Virus record (IMG/VR): IMGVR_UViG_3300023179_000399
Span: 1-28,474 of that record
DNA: 28,474 nucleotides
DNA from: a virus
Lineage: Duplodnaviria; Caudoviricetes
Reading direction: 5' to 3' (one strand)
Shown here: positions 8,619 to 16,886 of the stretch, in pieces
Position numbering within the stretch: the first letter of the stretch is position 1
Layout of the letters: each line of letters opens with the position of its first letter
The notes under the pieces: generated by a model
Databases searched by the model: none
Told to the model about the DNA's origin: nothing
The model's input: only the letters and a program-made list of their open reading frames with translations
Program-made: the position numbers and the translations under genes

Positions 8619-8621
8619 GGT

Positions 8622-8966
8622 CTACTTGAACAGGAACCACGCGAGCAGCAGGACACCGATGACGGCGCCGGATCCTGCCGCGGCGGTGGACATGGAGGGC
8701 TTTGTCGACGTCGGGGACGTCGGTGGCCTCGGTGGGACATAGCGGATGTAGACGTCCAGGAAATCACCAATCGGCATTTTATTGAGAGCCCCGTTCTCTT
8801 CCCGGAACGAGACCTGGAGCACGACGCCAGTTCCTCCGACTCCAAGAATGGTGACCGGTCGGGCATCGGCAATCGCCCTTTCCCGGGCTCCTGGAACCCC
8901 GATGTACGCCAAATGGTGGTTCTGATCCGCAAATATCCATCTCTCTCCTGCAACAGGTGTTTCCAT
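8622..8966 (-). CDS. Tail-anchored membrane protein (114 aa)
   Basis: Pro/Thr/Ser linker followed by AVIGVLLLAWFLFK. Confidence 0.8.
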   Translation of the reverse strand: METPVAGERWIFADQNHHLAYIGVPGARERAIADARPVTILGVGGTGVVLQVSFREENGALNKMPIGDFLDVYIRYVPPRPPTSPTSTKPSMSTAAAGSGAVIGVLLLAWFLFK

Positions 8967-8969
8967 AAA

Positions 8970-10175
8970 TCAGTGGATTCCGATGACGATGGCCATGTCG
9001 GTGAAACGCTTGTCGCCGCAGGCATGTTTCCCGCCCGGCAGACAGTCACCGCAGTAGCCGGGGCAGACGAACACGCCTTTGGCCGAGAAGTCGCCCTTGA
9101 TCCCCGCCGCCTTGGCGGCATCGAGGACCTCCTTCATGTGGGTATTCCACTCCGGGGTCACCTTGCCGGTCCGCGATCGGCCGGGGGACTTGCTCTGGAC
9201 CTTGAGGGCGCGGAACGTCCCGCGGGCGATCCGGTGTCCGGTCTTGGGGTTCTTCAGCGTCAGCATCCGTTTCACCACCGCCTGGAACTTTTCGCGGGAA
9301 AGGACCCGTTCCAGCTTGGTCCCGCTGGAAAGGTTCATCACGTAGTTTGAGGGCCAGTTCCCGTTGTTGTCCTGATGCCACCGCTCGAAGAAGCTCCAGC
9401 TCTTGCTATACCCGTAGAACTCGTTCTCCGGGTAGCGTTCGCAGAAGTGCATCCAGTAGGTGAGGGTCTCCATCGAGTCCATGTCCCCGTCCACGTAGAG
9501 CCGGACCACCTGGCCGGGCTTGAACTTCGCCCGCGCCTCGGCCTCGATCCAGGTCTTGTCCCGCATGCGGATCAGCAGGGTGTTCTGTAGCTGCCGGAAG
9601 AACGGGGTGACGTGGCGCCACTGGCTGAAGCTGTAGCACCATCCCCGCTTGTTCTTGTCCTCGGGACTCACCAGGCAGTCACCGGCGCCGGGACAGGTGA
9701 CACCAGGCAGCGCGCTGAACGCCCAGAAGGGCAGCTTGATGTTGCCCTTGGCGAAGATGGTGTAGGGAGGCTTCTGTCCGATTGGGTCCTTGAGCCACTG
9801 GCGCATCTTGCGTATGGCGTTCAGGTAGGCTGTCCCACCGGGTTTGCCGGTCTTGGTGATGGTCTTGCCATCCTCGGTGAGGACCGCCTGCTCGAGGTCG
9901 TCGAACGCCTTGTTCAGCTTGGTGATGGTGTCGGCCAGCGCCGCGGTGTAGGCGGCGTCGTTGAGCTTCTGAAAGCTGACGAGGATTGCACCCGTGGGGG
10001 TGTAGTACCGGTCATAGACGTTGGCCGGGTTCTTCCGTTCCTGGGAGGCGCCATGCAGGGTGTTCTCGAACAGCTGGTAGGTCGTCGCACCCAGGAACTT
10101 GGACGCCTCCTTGAGTTCCCCGATGGTGACGTCGGAGAACGGGATCGGCGGTGGGACAATCAGGTCATCATTCAT
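8970..10175 (-). CDS. GP88-like (radical-SAM-related) Cys-cluster protein
   Basis: FSALPGVTCPGAGDC...WCY, VRLYVDGD, FYGYSKSW, N....LS, CPGYCGDC..HACG, terminal IGIH. Confidence 0.72.
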   Translation of the reverse strand: MNDDLIVPPPIPFSDVTIGELKEASKFLGATTYQLFENTLHGASQERKNPANVYDRYYTPTGAILVSFQKLNDAAYTAALADTITKLNKAFDDLEQAVLTEDGKTITKTGKPGGTAYLNAIRKMRQWLKDPIGQKPPYTIFAKGNIKLPFWAFSALPGVTCPGAGDCLVSPEDKNKRGWCYSFSQWRHVTPFFRQLQNTLLIRMRDKTWIEAEARAKFKPGQVVRLYVDGDMDSMETLTYWMHFCERYPENEFYGYSKSWSFFERWHQDNNGNWPSNYVMNLSSGTKLERVLSREKFQAVVKRMLTLKNPKTGHRIARGTFRALKVQSKSPGRSRTGKVTPEWNTHMKEVLDAAKAAGIKGDFSAKGVFVCPGYCGDCLPGGKHACGDKRFTDMAIVIGIH

Positions 10176-10789
10176 CCCATCTTGGAAGCCTGGCGGTTGA
10201 TGTCGTTGTCCGGGATGATGTAGGCGCCGCTTTCGACGTATGGATTCCGTCGCACGGGCCTGATCTTCTTCATGACCGATTGAAGGGTTTCACCAGTCGG
10301 AACAGTTCCCTTGACCTTCATGATCATTGCACCCGTCGACAGAATCTTCTTGATAGTCTTGGAAGACTGCTCGAATGGAACACTGATGGTCTTCAGATTA
10401 CCGCCGTGCGAATACTCGATTTCGACGTATGAATTGACACGAGGATTCCTGCGAATGGAGCGGTCTTTTCCATGAAGTTTGAAGACCTCTTTGAAGTCGT
10501 CCACAGCCTCCTCACGCGAAAGTCCGGCATAGCGGATCCATTCCCGCTTTCCGTCGACAATGGCCGAAACCTTCAGATGTCCGGATGGCTTGAGGACTTC
10601 GACACGCACCCCATCCCTTTGCATTGGATTCATCCGCTCAGTCATCGCTTCTTCCCGATACCCCCGGATGATCCTCTCCTGTTCGCGCTTGGATTTCCCG
10701 GCGATTGCCTCCTCGAGCCACTCGGGCAGGTCACTGTCACCGCGTGGATCCTCGGCGCCCGCGTTGTCGTATTCGGCTTTTCGGCTCAT
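10172..10789 (-). CDS. Modular hypothetical protein with three R-x-N-P motifs (205 aa)
   Basis: Start MSRKAEY coupled by ATGA; RMNP, RRNP, RRNP. Confidence 0.8.
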   Translation of the reverse strand: MSRKAEYDNAGAEDPRGDSDLPEWLEEAIAGKSKREQERIIRGYREEAMTERMNPMQRDGVRVEVLKPSGHLKVSAIVDGKREWIRYAGLSREEAVDDFKEVFKLHGKDRSIRRNPRVNSYVEIEYSHGGNLKTISVPFEQSSKTIKKILSTGAMIMKVKGTVPTGETLQSVMKKIRPVRRNPYVESGAYIIPDNDINRQASKMG

Positions 10790-11691
10790 GAATTTCGTTC
10801 CTTCTCGGCGGCGATCCTCGCCGCCTCCGGGTTCTTTGGTCCCTGCACCATCAGCATGCCCTTGTGCTTGCCCCACTTCTTGAAGTGGTCTTCCAGGCCG
10901 GATGGCGGTTCGCCTGCCAGAATGCACAAAACCCCCTTGTCGTCCAGCATTCCCTCGATCTCGGTCAGGGATGCCTCGTTGAGCGGCATGTCGGTATGGA
11001 TGACGTCGTAGAGCCGGTAGAAGTCCTCGCCGGTGGCCCGGTCGTAGTCCAGGACCCGGTCGCCGGGCTCGAGGACGGTCGAGAGCAGGCTGGTGACGGT
11101 CTGGCGGGGGTTGGCGCGGGACATCCTTGGATTCCGCATGTCGTCCGATGTGGAATTAAACCGTTTGCTCAAGGGGATTGCTTTCCCGGCATCGTCGTAG
11201 GTTACGGGATCGGCGGATTTGATCTGGGACGAATTGAACGGCATATAGACCCCGTATTCATCTCCAAGATCGGAAAGATCAGGAATGTAGAGGGTCCCAT
11301 ATCCCTTGCGGTCCAACTTCACTTTCTTTACCAGGTCTCCAATAAAATCCCGTGGTATGAGATCTGTTTCAAAATCAGGATCGTTCTGCCTTGGATGCGC
11401 CTTGTCCCACAGCCTGTCGATCTCGGCATGGCTTGACTTCCTGATCTTGCCGGGCTTGATGTAGTACGCCCCCACCTTTCCAAAGTGGGATGCGTGGTCT
11501 TTTGACTCGCTGAAAAAGTGGGCACCGTCTCTTGCTGCCGCCATGTCGAACTGGTTGAACTTGCTCTTTGTACCATGGAATACAGGTCCAACCGTATAAC
11601 CCATGGCTTTGGCCGCTCCATCCACCATCCCCTGTGCAGCCTTAACATCACCGCGTTTTACCGCGTCCATGTATTGGGCATCAGAATTCAT
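10786..11691 (-). CDS. ADP-ribosyltransferase-like protein (ART-PolyVal type) with a C-terminal extra module
   Basis: Y..AV..GD...AQ.MV..AAK..GY, VFHGT...F..F, G.HFF....A, QIKSADPVTYDD.G..IPLS.RFN. Confidence 0.78.
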   Translation of the reverse strand: MNSDAQYMDAVKRGDVKAAQGMVDGAAKAMGYTVGPVFHGTKSKFNQFDMAAARDGAHFFSESKDHASHFGKVGAYYIKPGKIRKSSHAEIDRLWDKAHPRQNDPDFETDLIPRDFIGDLVKKVKLDRKGYGTLYIPDLSDLGDEYGVYMPFNSSQIKSADPVTYDDAGKAIPLSKRFNSTSDDMRNPRMSRANPRQTVTSLLSTVLEPGDRVLDYDRATGEDFYRLYDVIHTDMPLNEASLTEIEGMLDDKGVLCILAGEPPSGLEDHFKKWGKHKGMLMVQGPKNPEAARIAAEKERNS

Positions 11692-11981
11692 GTATTGGCC
11701 GGCTTCCTGAACCTGGACAGCACCAGCTCCGTGCTCCTGAGCCCCAACGTGCCCACGAAGAACGCCACCGCATACTGCGTGTGCTCGGTGACGTGGAACA
11801 CGTCGAGGACCAGCGGCGTCAGGTAGTTCGCCGAGGCGGTCCCGGCGATCATCGTGACCATCGCGTCAAACTTCGATAGCCCCTTGATGTGGAACAGGCT
11901 ACCGAAAAACCCGGCGATCATGAACCCAATGTTGACGCCCAACCCGTTGAGCCAGTTGTTGGACACGTCGGAATCGTTCAT
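11688..11981 (-). CDS. Putative holin (3 TM, 97 aa)
   Basis: IAGFFGSL, AGTASANYLTP, AFFVG.LGL, basic C-terminus. Confidence 0.7.
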   Translation of the reverse strand: MNDSDVSNNWLNGLGVNIGFMIAGFFGSLFHIKGLSKFDAMVTMIAGTASANYLTPLVLDVFHVTEHTQYAVAFFVGTLGLRSTELVLSRFRKPANT

Positions 11982-11985
11982 CAGG

Positions 11986-12603
11986 TCAGGTGGTGATGGA
12001 TTTGACGGCCTCATGGACATCGGTGGAGTTCTGTCGGATCTTGGAGATGTCGGAGACCCGCTGCTTGATCGCCGCAACGATCTCGGGCGGGGCGGTCTCG
12101 ATGGCCATGATCAGCGTGTTGCGGACGTCCTCCGCGGTCTGGAGGATTCCCTGCGTCTGGTTCTGCTTGCGCGTCTTCCACGCCGCCACCGCGCCGGTGG
12201 CGAGCACCACCAGCTTCAGTCCCCAGTCGACCAATGGTCCCGTGGGCGTCGGGTTGAACCCGGAATTGATCCCGCGGGCGGTCTCGATGGCCGACGCGAA
12301 GTCGGGGTTGGTGGTGAACCCGTTGGTGGTGACGATGACGTTCGTCCAGATGCTGATCTGGGTGTTGGTGAAGATCAGCGGTTCCCGCTCGATCACGTTG
12401 GTGAGCACGACCCGCTCGCCGGCCACCAGGTTGGTGACCGTGAGCAGGTTGGTCCGCCAATGGACCTCGGGGACCGTGTTGGTGAGGAGCAGCACCACCG
12501 TGTTGGTCCGGGTGACCGGGATGATGGGCCGGGCGAAGGACGGGAAGGAACTGCACCCGCTGGCGGCGAGCAGGAGCAGCATAAGTGACATGAACTGTTT
12601 CAT
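11986..12603 (-). CDS. Lipoprotein with Thr-Asn repeats and an internal TM (possibly spanin-like)
   Basis: MKQFMSLMLLLLAASG-C lipobox, nine TN dipeptides, TM WGLKLVVLATGAVAAW, helical tail; adjacent to the holin. Confidence 0.75.
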   Translation of the reverse strand: MKQFMSLMLLLLAASGCSSFPSFARPIIPVTRTNTVVLLLTNTVPEVHWRTNLLTVTNLVAGERVVLTNVIEREPLIFTNTQISIWTNVIVTTNGFTTNPDFASAIETARGINSGFNPTPTGPLVDWGLKLVVLATGAVAAWKTRKQNQTQGILQTAEDVRNTLIMAIETAPPEIVAAIKQRVSDISKIRQNSTDVHEAVKSITT

Positions 12604-12604
12604 T

Positions 12605-14125
12605 TTAGAATCCAGTGATGACAGAACCAGAATCAACCCAGAACGGTTTCCACATGTACTCGATTGCCGTAAGAGCGTTGGCTCCAACAGTGAACCGAAC
12701 CGTATCGGTTCCGGCAACCGGAGTGTCCTGGACAAGCGTTAAAGTCCCCGTCAATGGAGTAGCGCCGTATTGCTGGAATGATGTGGGAGTGATGGTTGAA
12801 GCAGCACCACCACCTCCGACCGAAAGCACGTAAGTATAAAACCCACGACTAGCCGCGCTCCATGTGCGGACAGTCAAGACACCGGACATCATCTTGCTGT
12901 ATGTTCCAATCGTCATCAGGCTGATGTTTGCAAGTGCAGCAAACCCAGCGCCAGAGTTGTTGTTGAAGGTGTAGCCTCTATAGTCGTTATCTGCCAAAAT
13001 TCGCGCCGTATTCCCGGAGTTTGTCAGCGTTATTGTCCCGATAGAAGTGATATTTGTAATGGTTGCCGAAGTTCCGTAATATGCATTCGCATAAAAGTTT
13101 CCAGCAAGGTAACCATTACGAAAACGAAGAGATCCTGTTGAAAATCCAATATCAACTGTCGAATCAGTCAACGGAATGATGTTTCCATTGAATTGAATTG
13201 AGCTGGAGTCTCCAGAAAGGCTCAGGAATTTGAATGCGCTTGGCGATCCAACCCTAACGAATGGAGAATAAATATCCGAAAACACTCCCGTGTTCGGGGT
13301 TGTTATTCCGATTGGATAGGGTGCTGCCAGTATCTGTTGTACGCGGACTGGACTTGTGAATTGCGACCAGTCTGTCCTGAGAATTCCGAAATAGTTGGTG
13401 TAGATGTAATTTGCAACAGCCGCATATCCTGCGTTGTTCAAGTGGATCTGATCGGAACGCAAGGACGCTGGAGGAATGTCCAAGTTGTAGTCATACACGT
13501 CATTGGTAAGTGCCGGGTTGTATGCAGCAACAAGAGCTTCACGAATAGGTACATACCTCGTACCATACGTTGCTGAAAGTTGTGCATTAAGATTTGTGAT
13601 TGCCGTGTATCCAACTCCTCCTATGGCGTCGTAAGGCACATACTCTCCGTTCAAAACATTCATTACAAGCCACCTGTTTGAATTTGCTCCATTTGCAAGA
13701 GCAGAAATCATCAGGTTGATGTTTGAAATAATGTTTGCCGGGCTGTTGGTATAGACATCATTTCTTCCGGCCCAGATGATTGTTGGAAGCGGATACGAGT
13801 TCGTGTCTGCAACCATGCGAGTTTTTATCTGTGTTGAAGTCTCCCCTCCAACACCTCCATTGCTGACAGCAAACCCGCTCAAAAGTCCAAGAGTTGCCGG
13901 GTAAGCATTGCTTGACGGACTTGCTCCAGTGCCGGCAGTAAGGGAATCGCCCCAAGTTGCGATATTCAGCCAGTTTGTGGACAGTATGGGCGCAACTGGA
14001 GATAGTTGTGACGAAACATTTTGTCCACGAAGGATCAGGTTTGTCTTGACCGTGATGTTGTTGAAGGTCTGCTGGGCGAACAGGGTCGACACGCAAAGGA
14101 CCAGGTAGAGGATGAACTTTTTCAT
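12605..14125 (-). CDS. SGNH/GDSL hydrolase-domain spike-like protein with a signal peptide
   Basis: GDSLT (I), GVGG (II), GRND (III), DQIH (V); N-terminal MKKFILYLVLCVSTLFA; beta-rich fibre-like C-half. Confidence 0.88.
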   Translation of the reverse strand: MKKFILYLVLCVSTLFAQQTFNNITVKTNLILRGQNVSSQLSPVAPILSTNWLNIATWGDSLTAGTGASPSSNAYPATLGLLSGFAVSNGGVGGETSTQIKTRMVADTNSYPLPTIIWAGRNDVYTNSPANIISNINLMISALANGANSNRWLVMNVLNGEYVPYDAIGGVGYTAITNLNAQLSATYGTRYVPIREALVAAYNPALTNDVYDYNLDIPPASLRSDQIHLNNAGYAAVANYIYTNYFGILRTDWSQFTSPVRVQQILAAPYPIGITTPNTGVFSDIYSPFVRVGSPSAFKFLSLSGDSSSIQFNGNIIPLTDSTVDIGFSTGSLRFRNGYLAGNFYANAYYGTSATITNITSIGTITLTNSGNTARILADNDYRGYTFNNNSGAGFAALANISLMTIGTYSKMMSGVLTVRTWSAASRGFYTYVLSVGGGGAASTITPTSFQQYGATPLTGTLTLVQDTPVAGTDTVRFTVGANALTAIEYMWKPFWVDSGSVITGF

Positions 14126-14135
14126 GGGATTGATA

Positions 14136-14483
14136 TCAGAGCCAACCGGTGTTTCCGGTTCCGGAAGCCTTCACATACTGCACGGGCGCCGCGGGGTCGG
14201 AAACATCAAAGTAGATGCTCCCCGGAGGGGCGGCGATGACGCCTTCCGGGGACCCGTTTTCTGCATAGATCTGGGGACCATTGCCAGCCCCGGCAAACCA
14301 TGCGGTCCCGGTCCAGATGTATTCCCTTTGAAGGGTCGTGTCGTAGACCATCATTCCGGCATCGCCGGAACCCAGTCCCAGTGCAAGCCGCCCCGTCGTG
14401 TTGGTGCTTGGGAACGAGAACCCTCGGCCTGCGACCTTGGCGGTCGTCTCAGTCGGGTTGAAAAGGTAGGATTGTGAACTCAT
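14136..14483 (-). CDS. Spike/fibre adaptor protein B (115 aa)
   Basis: N-terminal ~62 aa paralogous to the next gene; C-terminus GSPEGVIAAPPGSIY...YVKASGTGNTGW as seen in phage spike proteins. Confidence 0.8.
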   Translation of the reverse strand: MSSQSYLFNPTETTAKVAGRGFSFPSTNTTGRLALGLGSGDAGMMVYDTTLQREYIWTGTAWFAGAGNGPQIYAENGSPEGVIAAPPGSIYFDVSDPAAPVQYVKASGTGNTGWL

Positions 14484-14486
14484 GGA

Positions 14487-15065
14487 TTATGCCTGGATGT
14501 AAGTACCGCCGACCGACACGGCAGTCCCCGCCTGCACATGGGTTGCAAGGCTGTTGTTCACCCCCGCCGCATAGTGGAAAAGATTGGCAGACGTGCCGGT
14601 GGCACTCGCCGTCAGCGCCGTGGTTGCCCCGGCAGAAAGCCCGGAAGCGACCACGGACAATGGCTGGAAGTTGGCGACGATGGCGGGGACTGGAAGGAGA
14701 ACCTGGAGGTTTCCGCTGGCAGCACCGGACGCCGCCGAGACGTTGAAACTGGCGTTGAATATGACCGCCCCGCCGATGGCGACGAACCGAGCATCCACGA
14801 CCGTGTAGGTGAACACCCGGCCGCCACCGGAATCGACCAGGGTCGGCGCCCATATGCCGGCACGCGCACCGCTGGCGATCCATGAGCTGCCGGTCCAGAG
14901 GAAATTCTGCTGAAAGTCGGCATCGTAGACCATCATTCCGGCATCGCCGGAACCAAATCCAAGTGCAATCCGCCCCGTCGTGCTGTTGCTGGGAAACGAG
15001 AATCCGCGGCCGGAGATCTTGGCGGTCGTCTCCGTCGGGTTGAAGAAGAAGGATTGCGAACTCAT
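14487..15065 (-). CDS. Spike/fibre protein A (192 aa)
   Basis: GMMVYD......W.G..W module plus a receptor-binding-head-like beta domain (G.W.PTL...G.L...LP.P). Confidence 0.8.
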   Translation of the reverse strand: MSSQSFFFNPTETTAKISGRGFSFPSNSTTGRIALGFGSGDAGMMVYDADFQQNFLWTGSSWIASGARAGIWAPTLVDSGGGRVFTYTVVDARFVAIGGAVIFNASFNVSAASGAASGNLQVLLPVPAIVANFQPLSVVASGLSAGATTALTASATGTSANLFHYAAGVNNSLATHVQAGTAVSVGGTYIQA

Positions 15066-15545
15066 TTACCTGAATTTGTTGTGGGTTCGGACCGGCTCGT
15101 AAAAATTGCGCCATTCGGAGGCGGTGGAGTAGTGGATCAGGAAAGCGCCGGTGATGTAGCTGTTGCCAACTGCTCCCTTGGTGACCCACACATTGAACTG
15201 GGTTCCCGCTTTTACAAACAGGGCATCCATGTCGGTCCGGTCCTCGAAAACATGCCATGCAGGAGCCACTGTTGCAGGGCTGTCTCCGAAAACATAATAG
15301 TGAACGACATCCGTCAGCTTGGAAAATGGGGATGTGGCAATTCCAGCAGAAGTGATGTTGAGTCCTCCTGCAACAGCAGCAAGAGCACCGGCAGTTACGC
15401 CAATGTTCACATGGCTGCTTACATGAAGCAGGACGCTGTCCGTATCAAACTTGAAGAATGTCGACGGAGCCGCTGTTGGGCCACCATTCTCGGTGAACGG
15501 AATTGTCGCAATACTGCGTTTCGGCGTGATGTCTCGTTCGATCAT
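15066..15545 (-). CDS. Beta-rich structural protein (penton/vertex candidate)
   Basis: Lies between capsid and spike genes; beta-strand pattern. Confidence 0.6.
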   Translation of the reverse strand: MIERDITPKRSIATIPFTENGGPTAAPSTFFKFDTDSVLLHVSSHVNIGVTAGALAAVAGGLNITSAGIATSPFSKLTDVVHYYVFGDSPATVAPAWHVFEDRTDMDALFVKAGTQFNVWVTKGAVGNSYITGAFLIHYSTASEWRNFYEPVRTHNKFR

Positions 15546-15555
15546 AAATAAAATT

Positions 15556-15612
15556 GCCCGCAGGCAGTGAACTCACCACCGGATAAATGTGGCATTCATA
15601 CCGCCTGCGGGC
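15556..15612 (-). terminator. Long intergenic stem-loop followed by a U-rich tract
   Basis: gcccgcaggc (15556-15565) / gcctgcgggc (15603-15612), inner tgaa/ttca and gccac/gtggt pairing, then aattttattt. Confidence 0.5.
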
Positions 15613-15632
15613 GTTGGACCAAATTTGACCGA

Positions 15633-16034
15633 TCAGGAGATGATCGACTTGTAGCCGTGAAGCGCCAAGGTGATGTTGTTCACGGCTGCACCCAAATTGG
15701 TGAATGTGAAGAGGATGTTCGACTGTGGCTCGAACACGATGGGCCGGCGCTGGAGGATCTGCTGGTAGGCATTGCCGCAAAGCACCCGCTGCGGGACCGG
15801 GGCCGAGGACAGGTCGCGTCCCGTGCTCTGGTCACGGATCGAGACGCTGAACGAGTTCGGGTTGGGCAGGGTGTTCTCCGTGTCGAACGCCGCGCCGCCG
15901 GTGCCCAGGATCGCCGACAGCTCGAAGCGGGAGTCGGCCTGCATGACCAGGGTGAAAGATGCCGTGGAGCCGACCGCCGCCGAGCACTGGGCGGTGACCA
16001 CGTAGACGAAGGGGATGGAATCGGTGTTGTTCAT
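15633..16034 (-). CDS. Small jelly-roll-like minor capsid protein (133 aa)
   Basis: All-beta pattern: F.L..I, V.I.DQ.TGR.L, P.VF...SNI.F.F.N, terminal L.L.GYK; directly after the capsid pair. Confidence 0.65.
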   Translation of the reverse strand: MNNTDSIPFVYVVTAQCSAAVGSTASFTLVMQADSRFELSAILGTGGAAFDTENTLPNPNSFSVSIRDQSTGRDLSSAPVPQRVLCGNAYQQILQRRPIVFEPQSNILFTFTNLGAAVNNITLALHGYKSIIS

Positions 16035-16042
16035 CGAAATTC

Positions 16043-16078
16043 AAAAGGCCCCGCCCACCATTGCGGACGGGCGGGGCC
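16043..16078 (-). terminator. Rho-independent terminator after the capsid genes
   Basis: Perfect 10-bp stem ggccccgccc/gggcggggcc followed by TTTT on the - strand. Confidence 0.85.
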
Positions 16079-16099
16079 AGATTCGGGGTTGCAGGTTGC

Positions 16100-16852
16100 C
16101 TACTGGCTCGGGCGGATGACGTAGCCGTCGAAGACCAGTCCCAGCTCCACGGATGGGGTTCCCGTCGCGTCGGCGGTGGTCAGGGCGGTGTTGGTGAAGT
16201 CGGGCGTGTTGCCCTCGGGGAAGTTGATGACGGCGCCGATCTGGATCTCGGGCTCGATGATCTGGATCGGGTCGATGTTGTAGACCGACTCGGCGCGCCA
16301 GTCGGGCTGTGCGCGCCAGTTGGTGTCGGAGACCTGGGTCTCGGCGGCAACACCCGTGCGGCTCGAACCCAGCGAGGCCACGTCGATGCCGAATCCGGGA
16401 GGGCACATGATGAACGGCTTGGAGATCTGGTAGTACAGCTTCTGGGCGAAGCTGATTTCCAGGACGCCCCGGTGCAGGAGGTCGTTGAGCTTCTCCATCG
16501 CCGAATTGGCCAGAGCGGTGTACCCGCGGAAGGCGAAGTTGGTGCCCGGGGTGAACCCCTGACGAACCTGCGGAACAAAGTTCGCGTAGGTGCGGATCTG
16601 GGTCAGGGCGAAGTATTCCTGCCCGAAGGAGGCGTTCTTCACCAGGTTGGTCTGCTCCAGCGTCTTGAAGATGCCGGAGCCACCGGCGCCAGGATCACTG
16701 GCACCGAGCGGGTTCGAGAAGAAGCTGACGCTGGACGTGCCGGCAGCGAGGAGGCGGACGAAGTCGTACTTCTGGCCGCGGACGATCTGGTAGCGCGAGA
16801 AGTCGGCAGAGCCGAACCGGCGCTGCAAACTGTTGAGGATGTCGGGATTCAT
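16100..16852 (-). CDS. Major capsid protein 2 (putative single jelly roll, 250 aa)
   Basis: Start MNPDIL; FF....G...KT...TNL....SFGQ.F.L..I and C-terminal LVFDGYVIRPSQ; paralog of the next gene; strong codon bias; followed by a terminator. Confidence 0.75.
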   Translation of the reverse strand: MNPDILNSLQRRFGSADFSRYQIVRGQKYDFVRLLAAGTSSVSFFSNPLGASDPGAGGSGIFKTLEQTNLVKNASFGQEYFALTQIRTYANFVPQVRQGFTPGTNFAFRGYTALANSAMEKLNDLLHRGVLEISFAQKLYYQISKPFIMCPPGFGIDVASLGSSRTGVAAETQVSDTNWRAQPDWRAESVYNIDPIQIIEPEIQIGAVINFPEGNTPDFTNTALTTADATGTPSVELGLVFDGYVIRPSQ

Positions 16853-16886
16853 GCTGGGATGATTCGAGGGTTCTTGGCGTCGTGTG

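Noticed and set aside
14341-14954. Repeat pair as a diversity-generating retroelement TR/VR
   Set aside because: No reverse transcriptase is present, both copies are coding N-termini, and differences are not adenine-specific.
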